A stretch of DNA of 63,446 nt, the filler included, from Octopus bimaculoides (Eukaryota), in NCBI RefSeq assembly GCF_001194135.2. It is 3 parts of 3 records of this genome, joined end to end, with 100 filler letters (N's around TTAATTAATTAA, not from the genome) between each part and the next. Parts side by side here need not be neighbours in the genome. Positions count along the whole stretch, not along the records: positions 51,450 to 63,446 come from NC_068983.1; 2 more parts are not named here. The stretch is one strand, 5' to 3'. Within the stretch, counting starts at the first letter, position 1; each line of letters starts with the position of its first letter. Under the pieces are notes generated by a model. That model worked only from the letters and a program-made list of their open reading frames with translations. It was not told the DNA's origin and did not search any database. Positions 52,386 to 63,446 of this stretch are shown piece after piece. The position numbers were made by a program, and so were the translations under genes.

Positions 52386-52414
52386 ACACATCTGCAAATA
52401 CATACATACAGACA

Positions 52415-52448
<34 letters not shown>

Positions 52449-52451
52449 TAC

Positions 52452-52486
<35 letters not shown>

Positions 52487-55400
52487 TGTGTGTGTGTGTA
52501 GGAGAGAGAAAGAAAGAAAGAAAATTATGCTGTTGTTAGTCATAAAAAATATCATTAGTTTATTATCAGAAGTGTTATTACTCCAGTTTATCATTATCCT
52601 CTCCAGTTAATCAGACACTTCCAGTTAGTCAATATCATGTCACACTGTGACAACATCACTTCCAACTAATCAGTATTATCTTCTTGTTGATCATCTCTAA
52701 ACCCAGAAGCTTTTTAATGTCTTGGAAAGCACAAGCATTTATTCTAGATATTTATGAGAGTTAGAGATTATTTAGAAGGATGGAGATTAAAAACAACTTT
52801 AATAACTTACTTCTTTCATCATGTTTTTCATAGTGTATACACTCTAGAATTAATTTGGTTAAAAAGCATTTTTTTTTTATTGTGCTAATGTTCTTGGAAA
52901 TAAATATAAATGAAGTTAATATTCCATCACAGTAAAGAATTTTCTGTGATGAAGCTGAAGAATACCAGACTCTAAATTAATAAGTTATGAGTTTCTTTCT
53001 CATCACTGGTGACATAGTGACTTTGGACAAGATGCTGAAAACTTCTAGTCTCAGTTCACTTAGTTTCATATCAAAGAAGGTAAATGTTGACTGTTTGCCT
53101 ATTCACTTTATGTTTGTTTATTTCTCACATAAACATCATTTTCATTTTATGCTTGCTTCCTATACTGACATGGGTTGGAGAGGTCATTATGCTCAGTTAT
53201 CTTTTTATTGATGGCTGCTGCCCCCATAGAGTGGTGCTTGTGTTGTATCATTTGATTTAATTTCTTATGGTTAGGTGCTCTTCCTGTCCCCAGTCACTTT
53301 TCAGAATTTACTGGGTGCACTTTCTCATATCACAAACATTGGAGAGGTTGAAAGATTACAAGGTTACAAATTTCGGATAAAGTAGCTTTTTTCTTTTTTT
53401 AAATAAAATTGACTCCACTATTTAACAGATAAAGGATAAAAGGCAAAGTTACTTCAGCAGGATTTGAACTTAGAATGTAAAGTGTTGGAATGAATATCAC
53501 AAGACATTTTGTACACTACTCTAATAATTCTCCTTCTCTATGTCACAGTCTTTTAGACTGATTCTTTGAACTCATTTAATTCACACTCCTGACAATAATA
53601 TCTTTCAAGTCTTTCTTTAGAAATACGTTTAACAAAATAAAATAAATTTATTCTGCTCTGGAATTCTGGAATATAATGAAAACACTTGAAAATAAGCAGA
53701 TGCAACCACCTCAGCTCATCACCTAGCTTACACTACTGAGGTAAAAATTCTGTTTTATCTGTAGCATATCATATACTCCTGAGAGTATCTGAAATCATAA
53801 TTGGAATAAGCTTAAGCAGGTGATATGTTATTGCCATTGCTTTAAGACCTATGATCAAAAGCATTCCATTTGTGACCATCCCATCTTTTTCTATATCAGT
53901 TTAGATTGTTTAATAGTCTTCTTTATATACGATGATAGGATGTAATTTGTGAAAGATTTGGTTGCAATGTTGGCATATTAAACAACCATGTGGAGGCTTC
54001 TTCTATATTAAATCACAGATACGCTTTCATTTTTTAGAAAATATTTCATTCTGTGAATCCAACACACTATTTTCTAATGAACAAGATCAATTACATTGTG
54101 GTGAGTTAAAAACATACCAAATTTACTAAAATGGCACAATTTATTTTTTGAGGTGTGAAATTCTTATGGCTGAACTGCAACTTCTATGTCAGTGACTAGG
54201 CTGCAATTGTGCAACAAAAATTTTGAAAACTCAAGAAATCAATTAAAAGTGAATTTAAAATTTCTGGTGCATTTTTAAATGACTAAAAGTGCTCTTCAGT
54301 TTCAATACAGTCTCAAGTCAAGTTAGACTGTTTATTTTAGATAGTTAAGAACAAATCTAAAATATATAAAAGAATTTAGAATGATATTTACACTTAAGAT
54401 GAAATGGCTACTAAAATAAGGTGCAGGTAACTACCAGCTTATAAACAGTAAGTTTGAACCTAGCACAAAGTAAAACATTTAACTCCATATATGGCATGAG
54501 TTCCCAAGTTTTACCACAGTGATTCATTTTGGCAAATTTATAATCTCCCGAAATTTTTACTTCAAATATTTAGATAAAAGAATTATCAAATGTTTCATAA
54601 AATAAGAATTTTGTTTGCAGTAGACATTGTTTTATTCCTTATGTTGATCACATATTGTATAATATATTTATCATTTCACATTTTATTACATATTTCAATA
54701 GTAAAAGATTTTGTCTTTGTAACCCTTTCATAATTTGAGTGTGACCCAGTGGGAACCTGATATACTGAGTTCAGAGAAGTGTTCAGAATAGGCTACAGAT
54801 TACTTTGGAAATGCTATTCACCATATATGTATATTATTTTCAATAACATATATTTCAAATGGGACTTGTTACTAATTTTTTAATCTCAACCTCATTAGGA
54901 GGTTGATCACAGGAAATATATTATTAATCTCATATCACCCACCCACAACTTAATATTACTTCATATTATCTACCTCTTTAAGAACCTAGATTATACATCT
55001 CATCTGATTGACTATTCCCAAAATTGTGATGATATTCTCCTAGTATCAGAACAGAATTAACCCTTCTGATGCCAAACTGCTTGAAACTGCTCTTGTTTTT
55101 ATGATACAAATTCCCTAATCTTCCTTTAAGTTTCATGTCAATTTATATTCCAAACATCAGCTTAATAATGGCAAATTTATCTTAATAAATTCTTCAAAAT
55201 TATTTTCAAAATTACTTGAAGCAAAGACAGTATATTTCAATAGAAATATTGTATTGAAAGGGTTGACCCTGTAAAGTGCAGAGGTATAATTTCACCCAGG
55301 ACCACTTCATCTTTATTTTAGGCAGAATGTGTTCTTCTTTTTCTACGTTGGTTAGGTATGATTTGAGTGAGCGAGTTAGATACTATTTCTAGCATTTTCC

Positions 55401-56321
55401 ATGGCTATGTAGTAGATAATTCATTGATTCCTAACTCACTGGTTACTTAGGCAGTTTCAAAAGAAATTTGTTTCTTCCTTAATTTTAATATCAATGTATT
55501 ATAAAATAAAAATTGATCACTCAAATTTATTTTGATTAAAAACAGTTTCTAGTAATTTTCTCTCTATAAAAAAATATTTTTTTAAAAATTGATAGAGGTT
55601 AGAAAAAAAATTTCTTTTTAATTGAACTACATTTTTAGATTTACAAATGGAAACTGCCAAACGATTTGTTGTTGTTTTGAGATATGAGAAAGAGTGAAAA
55701 TACAACTCAGAGAAGAAACTGTGTATTAATCTCATTAGTTCTTCAAAACTTGTTAAACATGATAAATGAGTTAATTTCCATTTCTTCCTTCACTTTCTGC
55801 TTCTGAATCTTTTTGTGGTACACGTAATTAAAAGCTAATTATTTTTCTCAAACATATTCTGATTTATATAATTAAGAATATATAATATATTTGTAAATCC
55901 TTTTGCAATATATGTAAATAAATAATACTCCCAAAAATGCATATTTGTAAAATATTTGCATGTCTTCAAACACAAGCAGTTGTCGATAATACATAGAAAA
56001 TATATTGGTAACCTTTAACCTCAATAACTGCATTTCTATAGGAGTTTTTCTGTTTATATATCCTTACTTTGACAACATCAAATTTTAATGAGTTAACCAA
56101 GTTCTTCAGTTGGAACACATTACTCCTCTATCTAGATCAGGGATTCATAATGTGGGGCATAACTGGTGTGGTCTGAGAAAATTGTAGTGGGGCATGGGAT
56201 CCTTTTTTTTCTTTCTTTTTTTTTAGTGGGTTGTGGAATTTTGAAAATCTTTCTTCACAGCAAACATACTACACCTATACTGTTTTTCTAGGCACCGGTG
56301 AGGCATACATTTTTCTTATCT

Positions 56322-56548
56322 CTTTATTGCCCACAAGATGCTAAACATAGACGGGACAAACAAGGACAGACAAAGAGATTAAGTCGATTACATCGACCCC
56401 AGTGCGTAACTGGTACTTAATTTATCGACCCCGAAAGGATGAAAGGCAAAGTCGACCTTAGCGGAATTTGAACTCAGAATGTAGCAGCAGACGAAATACT
56501 GCTAAGCATTTCGCTCAGCTTGCTAACATTTCTGCCAGCTCACTGCCT
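56322..56548 (-). mobile_element. SINE family A
   Basis: Reverse complement of the consensus, little diverged. Confidence 0.85.
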
Positions 56549-56819
56549 TACATTTTTCTGGGAAGTTATTGTGAGACCAAGGGGAAAATAGGTTGGGAAA
56601 CACTGCTCCAGGTTAATATATACATACACACACATGTCATGCAGAGACACATGCACATATGTACACAACAGGCTTACCAAGTATATCCTCAAGGCACTGG
56701 TTGGCCCAAGGCTACATTAGAAGACACTTGCCCTAGATGCAGACCAGTGCAATAGAACTTGAGATTATGTTTTAACAAACCAACCCCACTATCCACACAT
56801 CCTATCCTGCACTTATCTT

Positions 56820-57192
56820 TTGCCTTTTACTTGTTTCAGCCATTTGACTGTGGCTATTCTGGGGCACCAACTTGAAACGTTTTAGTTGAACAAATCAACC
56901 CCAGGACTTTTTTTAAACCCAATACTTATTTCATCGGTGTCTTTTGCTGAACCACTAAGTTACAGGGACATAAACACACCAACACAGCTTGACAAGTGGT
57001 GGTGGGGAATAAACACACACATACATATATGACTGGCTTCTTTCAGTTTCTGTCTACCAAATCCACTTACAAGGCTTTAGTTAACCCCCAAGGTTATACT
57101 AGGCACTTACTGAAGTTGCCCTAAGTGGGACTGAACCTGGAATCATGTGGTTGGGACGCAAGCTTCTTACTACACAGCCACACCTGCACCTA
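56820..57192 (-). mobile_element. SINE family B, CpG-decayed
   Basis: Full head and tail recognisable, many CG to TG/CA changes. Confidence 0.8.
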
Positions 57193-57224
57193 TACACGCA
57201 CTCATATATAAACAGACATATGCA

Positions 57225-57281
<57 letters not shown>

Positions 57282-58797
57282 AAACAAAACAACATTAATA
57301 GTCTTGTTTTGTTTTAGCAAATAAAATCTTATTTTAATTATCAAGAGATTTTTCTTAGTTTAAGTAATACATTGGGGTCTGCTTTTCTTTTCTTCTTTGT
57401 TTTGCTTTATTTTTTTTTTTTCTGCCACATTATCAGAATGGATTGTATTGTTAAGATCATTCTCTTGTTCTCTTTTAGAATTATATGCATTAAACATGTG
57501 CCTTTGTTGATTATTGGAAATCAGTGGAGCTAGCTTTAATTATTTTTTATATTTTTTTTTGTTTTGTTATTATTTACTCTATATTTTCTTTTATGTCTTT
57601 AGATGGTTCTGATGCAAAACAAATAAATATGAAACCAATTCCATCTCAATGGAAGGTGTCAATCTTTGTTTTGTTTAACAGATGGTATGGATGGTCTTTA
57701 GATTGCTTCTACATGAGAAAATGTTCATTAATTTTCCTAATGATTAATGAAAAGTTTTGCATAGTATGTGGGCTATAAGGATATAACTTCTTTTCTTAAG
57801 ATTATCCAAACTAAAACATGTATTGAAAATTTACAGGCTAACAAAGAACGTTGTGCTGAAAAGTTCACGTGAACATAAATTAGATGTCCGTTTGATTTTG
57901 TGCCTGCTTTTGTATGCTAGCATGAGTTAAATGAATATATATTATTGAGGCATTGTTTTACAGCTGGATGTTTTTCCTGCAGCAAACTGTATTTGTTTTT
58001 CAACATGGAGATTTCATATTCTACTTGTCTTTAACCCTTTAGCATTTAAATCAACTATATCCAGCCCAAATATTCTACTTGTTTTTATGTTAAAAACAAG
58101 CCAGATCTGGCCTCTCACACCTATCCTACAATGCCATCCTAAAAGTAAACAATCACATCATTGAAATCGTCAAGCTACAAGATAATGCATGGCTAATTCA
58201 AAAAAATATGAATGAATAGGCATTACATTTGACAGAGAAATCTGAATGCTAAAGGCTTAAAGTGTACAACCTGCAGATAATTTGCTGACAGGAGAATGAC
58301 ACAAGCATCAACATTTGTAGTAACTCAATGATTGTTTTCTAGGAAAAGCACAAATTTATATATTCACACAGACACACTTACATATGTGCACATATACACA
58401 CCTATACATGATGGTATTTGTATGATTTCTATCCACCAAATTCACTCACAAGACATTGAAAAGCTCAGAGTTAGAGTAGAGGGAGACTTTTTGCCAAGAT
58501 ACTGCATAGTAAAACTGTATGAAACTGCATTGTTGTGAAGTGAACCTTTTAATGACACAGTCATCACTTCACCTTTACAGCTATGCCTTCATCTAAATAG
58601 TTGTTCCTATGCCTACACTGCATATTAATATTTTACAACGTTGGTGCCACTTAAAAATCATCCAGTCCACATTGTAAAGTGACTGACATTTGGAAGGGCA
58701 TCCAGCTGTGAAAACCCATGCTAAAACTGACTTTGCCTGTGCTGGTCCCACATAAAAAGCACTCAGCCTACTCTTCAGGGTGCTTGGTGTTGGGAAT

Positions 58798-58945
58798 GGC
58801 AACCAACTGTGAAAACCGTGCCAAAACAGACACAGAAGTATTGCGCAGGCTAGCATGGGTTGGACGGTTTGACAGGAGCTGGTTAGGCAGAAGCCTGCAC
58901 AATAGTTCTGTGTCTGTTTTGGCACGGTTTTCACAGTTGGTTGCC
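58798..58945. repeat. Inverted repeat: 54-bp arms (52/54 match), 40-nt loop, made of retroposon tail sequence
   Basis: 58798-58851 versus 58892-58945. Confidence 0.9.
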
Positions 58946-60002
58946 CTTCATTGCCAAATATGCTTCATTGATGAGGTGAGAATAAGAGCGAAATACATCA
59001 AGAGTTGTCTTACAAACTTGACATGTAAATTGAATGAAAGCAATATCATTGAATAATATTGTCTTTCTTCACATTACAATAATTTTTTGTTTGTTTATTA
59101 ATTCCCTTTGCATTAACTTTATTAGCCCTAACTTAATTCAATGACTTGTTTTATGATTACAGAATTTTTTTTTTTGTAATTCCTTTTTTATTTTTGGACT
59201 GCTATTGTCATACTTGCATAGGATTTTGGAAACTTGTATTCTGTGAAGTAAAAACGTTTGCTTAGTAACCTTATGGCTCTGGGTTCAATCACAGAATTTT
59301 GGTCAAGAGTCTTCTATCATAGTCTTGAGTTGAGTGAAATATCGGGTCCAGACACCAATATGCATACTCATAATGTGTGTGTGTGTGTGTGTATATGTGT
59401 GTGTATGTGTGTGTATGTGTCTGTGTGTGTCTGTGTGTGTCTGTGTGTGTTTGTGTGTGTGTATCCTTCACCAAGATATATCTATATATCAACCAAGTAT
59501 ATTTTTTAAATAAATAGGTAAAATCCATACCAACATTAGTTCTGCACAGAGTTACAAAATCTCCTTTGTCATTCTCACCATCATAAATACAGCAAACAAC
59601 TGGTTAGCCTACTGGATACTTATCACTACCGATGTTATTGTTCACATATAAAATCATATGTATAAATAAAATAAATACAAATATTTCATAACAAATATCA
59701 ATTATTCATTAAATAATTTATCACGTGAGATTGATACAACTTACATGGTAAGTTTTGACATTAGTAATTCGACTGATACCAGTTCTTGGTCCAACAACAA
59801 TCATATGTTCAGACTTGTGGCCTCCGTCCTACAATAAAACAGAAAATTTAAACTCATTAATGTCATTCCCAATAAAAGAAAATGATATGTTGAAGAAAAG
59901 TAAAAAAAAAATTAACATTTTTATTAAACAAGATCAATAGATTTAGTTGACAATATTGAGATGGAAAGAGACTGTAATGTGAAGAAGTACGAATAATAAT
60001 GA

Positions 60003-60213
60003 TCCTTTCTACTATAGGCACAAAGCTTGAAATGTCGGGGAGGAGACAAGTTGATTACATCGACCCCAGTGCTTGACTGGTACTTATTTTATTGACCCCG
60101 AAAGAAGAAAATGCCAAGTCAACCTTGGTGGAACTTGAACTCAGAATACAAAGACAGAGAAAATGCCACTAAACATTCTGCCCAGCATGCTAATGATTCT
60201 GCCAGTTTGCCAC
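60003..60213 (-). mobile_element. SINE family A
   Basis: Reverse complement of the consensus, CpG-decayed. Confidence 0.8.
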
Positions 60214-60244
60214 TTCACAATAACAATGATAATAATAATTATAA

Positions 60245-60875
60245 TGTTGACAAATATGGAGACTTGAGAATCGAGAATGCCACAATATGGCAGCTGCAAG
60301 AGTCAAACATAATGGTTGTTCCTGTTGTCATTGGAGCATTGGATTCAATACCACCCAACCTGAAGAAATATCTGGATATCTTAGAAATACCATATAATCT
60401 TGATGTATTGAACCATATTCGTAATTGATCCATATTCGAAAATTGTAATTGAATCATATTTGATGACTGGCACCTGTGCCAGTGGAGCACTAACAGCACC
60501 GTCCGAGCGTGATCATTGCCAGAGCAGCTGTCTGGCTTCCATGCCAGTGGCATGTAAATAGCACCATTTGAGCGTGATCGTTACCAGCATCGCCTTACTG
60601 GCACTTGTGCCAGTGGCACATTAGAAAACATTCGAGTGAGCTCATTGTCAGTGCTGCTGGACTGGCTCCTGTGCAGGTGACATGTAAAAAAACACCATTT
60701 TGAGCATGGCCATTGCCAGTACCGCCTGACTGGTCCTCATGCCGGTGGCATGTAACAGCACCTACTACACTCTCGGATGTCTTTGTTGTGACTTGACAGA
60801 CAGTACAAACCCCCGATACACACAATAGCTTCAGTCTACATCACAATATTGGATATTGTGTGACGTCTTCAATAA
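60245..60875 (+). mobile_element. R4/Dong-like 3' fragment (60245-60410 and 60776-60875) interrupted by a repeat built of internal subunits (about 60460-60775)
   Basis: DKYGDLRIE..IWQL..IMVVPVVIGALDSIP..LKKYL; resumes with ttgttgtgacttgacaga, the same 3' UTR as at 35800. Confidence 0.75.
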
Positions 60876-60882
60876 TAATAAT

Positions 60883-62000
60883 CCTTCCTGCTGTAGACAC
60901 AAGGCCTGAAATTTTGGGGAGTGGGGAGAGTAGTCGATTACATTGACCCCAGTGAATAACTGATACTTAATTTATCGACCCCCATGAAAGGCGAAGTTGA
61001 CCCCAGCAGAAATTGAACTTAGAACGTAGTGGCAGATGAAATACCATTAAGCATTTCACCTGGTGTGCTAACAATTCTGCCATCTCACTGCCTTAATAAT
61101 AATGATGATGATGATGATGATGATGATGATAATCCTTTCTAATGTAGATATAAGGCCTGAAATTTTGGGAAAGTACGAAAGTCAGTTACATCAATCCCAT
61201 TGATCAACTGAGACTTATTTCACAAACCCTGAGAGAATGAAAGGCAAAGCTGACCTCAGTGAAATTTGAACTCAGAATGTAAGGATGCAGCAAATGCTGC
61301 TGAGAATTTTGTCTGATGTGCAAACAATTCTGAGGTCACAATAATTCTAATAACAATAAGAATCCTGAAATTTTAAAGGGAGGGGGCTTGTTTATTATAT
61401 CAACTCTAGTGTTCAACTGGTATTTATTTCATCAAGACCAAGAGGATAAAAGACAAAGTTGACTTCATCGGAATTTGAACTCAGAATTTGAAGATGGGTG
61501 AAATGCTGCTCAGCAATTTGTCCAGTTTGCTAACAACTCTGCCAGTTCACCATCTTAATAATAACTATGGCCTCAAATTTTGGTACAAGAAAAGCAATTT
61601 TGAGGAAGTGAGTGGACTGATTACATTACTCTCAGTGTCCAACTGGTACTTATTTTATTAACCCCAAAATGATGAAAGGCAAAGTCAACCCTAGAGGAAT
61701 TTGAACTCGGAACATGAAAATTGAAAAAATACCGCTAAGTATTTTGTCTGATGTACTAACAATTTTTATTTCTTTATTGCCCACAAGGGGTTAAACATAG
61801 AGAGGACAAACAAGGAGAGACAAAGGTATTAAATCGATTACATCAACCCCAGTGCGTAACTGGTACTTAATTTATCGATCCCGAAAGGAGGAAAGGCAAA
61901 GTTGACCTCAGCGGAATTTGAACTCAGGATGTAAAGGTAGACGAAATACTGCTAAGCATTTTGCTCGGCGTGCTAACGATTCTGCCAGTTCACCACCTTA
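60883..62000 (-). mobile_element. Array of five co-oriented SINE A copies separated by (AAT)/(GAT) tracts
   Basis: Units at about 60883, 61130, 61355, 61570 and 61765, mutually diverged. Confidence 0.85.
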
Positions 62001-62706
62001 ATAATGATCACGATAATTATAATAACAATAATACACACACACACACACATATATATATACATATATGAACATTCATACATATATACATACATATATAAAA
62101 CATTACACGATATATGTAACACTACAATATAAGAAGAGTGTTTATGAAATATTCAGCAATATCATCTTATCTGCATTTCATTGACAAAGAATGATTGTCA
62201 ATTATATAAGTTATATAATCCAATTGCATTATCAAACATTCAGAGATACATAACTCTCATTCATAATTTTACTGAAGCAGTGACAGTGTCACCGTAACTG
62301 GTTTTGAAACAATTACATTAAATTTGGTTATGAAGTTTATATATTTTGTAATGGCGAACTTCATAACAAATAGAGAATAGAAAAGAGATATTTGTGCTGC
62401 CAAAGTATCTCCGGACAGTTTAGGTATACGACCAAAGCTTTTGGTCCAAAGGGAACACAGCATGATGTCTCCATACTTAATCATTTTATTAGGCTGTCTT
62501 GTTAATTAACAATTTTATGTTTTTGGATGCAGTTTAGTACATATACACAAAATTACAGATACATACATATCACCAACTTTCACATGTCTGCCTGCCTGCC
62601 TGCCTGCTTGTCCGTCTGCTCTGAGAATATAAATGCAAGCTTAATTGTGTGGTTTACAAAATTGCTTTATAACGTGTCCTTTGGGATTCGATCCTACTGC
62701 TTGACT

Positions 62707-62768
62707 CTGTGAGTGACTAACACGCTGTGAGTGACTAACATGCTGTGAGTGACTAACACGCTGTGAGT
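62707..62768. repeat. 18-bp tandem repeat, 3.4 copies
   Basis: Unit ctgtgagtgactaaca(c/t)g. Confidence 0.9.
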
Positions 62769-63016
62769 AGAATTTTGTGTGTGTATATGTATATATATAA
62801 TAAATATGGTATATATTTTTTATAAACTACTAATAGTTTCTTGTGATGAAAACAACTCAGACAACATTCTATACCACATCTTGTGCCTTCATGCAATTCT
62901 CAGGCTCTGCCCACATGGCTTCACAAAAAAAAAAAACGTTTATTGTGTTTATTAAACAATATTCATCTCTCACCAGATGAGTACTTTTTTGTTGATCTTA
63001 CCATCACAGAACAGTA

Positions 63017-63095
<79 letters not shown>

Positions 63096-63189
63096 TATTT
63101 ATATTTATATTTATATATGTATGTATGTACATATTTATATATATATATGTATGTATATACATATTTATATATGTATGTATTTATTTATG

Positions 63190-63446
63190 TGTTTCAGCCA
63201 AGTGGCTGCGGTCATGCTGGTGCACCACCATGATTTTCACGTTCCTTGCATGGCTCTTCTCCTCCACCTGACATGGTCCAATCAAGAGTTTTGATGGCAC
63301 ATCTGGTGTATAAGAGAATTTGACATAGCTGCCCTAAACTGCATCTCATTACGAGTCATTGGTTCGTCTGGTACCGTGGAGAGGAAAGCGTCAAGTTTTG
63401 TCTTGAAGACCTCCGCATCCATGTCTTGCATGTCTCTCAAATGTTT
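63190..63446 (-). mobile_element. 3' end of a CR1/L2-like LINE including its 3' UTR tail
   Basis: EVFKTKLDAFLSTVPDEP..RAAMSNSLIHQ..*, then ggtggtgcaccagcatgaccgcagccacttggctgaaac. Confidence 0.75.

Noticed and set aside
62269-62484. 71-aa minus-strand ORF in unique sequence
   Set aside because: Several frames are similarly open, with no splice-phase support or motif.

Overview
AT-rich, microsatellite-dense eukaryotic DNA with many scaffold gaps. The SINE and LINE families resemble those I recall from octopus genomes; this is inference and was not checked against a database. Most of the window is decayed mobile DNA: two near-complete R4/Dong-like RT-RLE retrotransposons plus a third related one and short 3' fragments, CR1/L2-like RT fragments, Penelope-like RT/GIY-YIG and pLTR-like pieces, three mariner/maT copies, a Tc1 remnant, MITEs and more than 30 copies of three tRNA-derived SINE families. 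No intact known gene is recognisable. There is one phase-consistent three-exon candidate on the minus strand (3.55-4.17 kb). A CpG-rich promoter-like patch at 50.8 kb is followed by a CpG-depleted 12-kb domain with possible + strand exons. The most unusual features are a minimal type I hammerhead ribozyme motif next to a perfect 274-bp palindrome, two more decayed hammerhead-like motifs, several long fold-back repeats, and templated rearrangements inside LINEs. Nearly all listed ORFs are microsatellite, gap or TE artefacts. I found no system I can claim with confidence as new.
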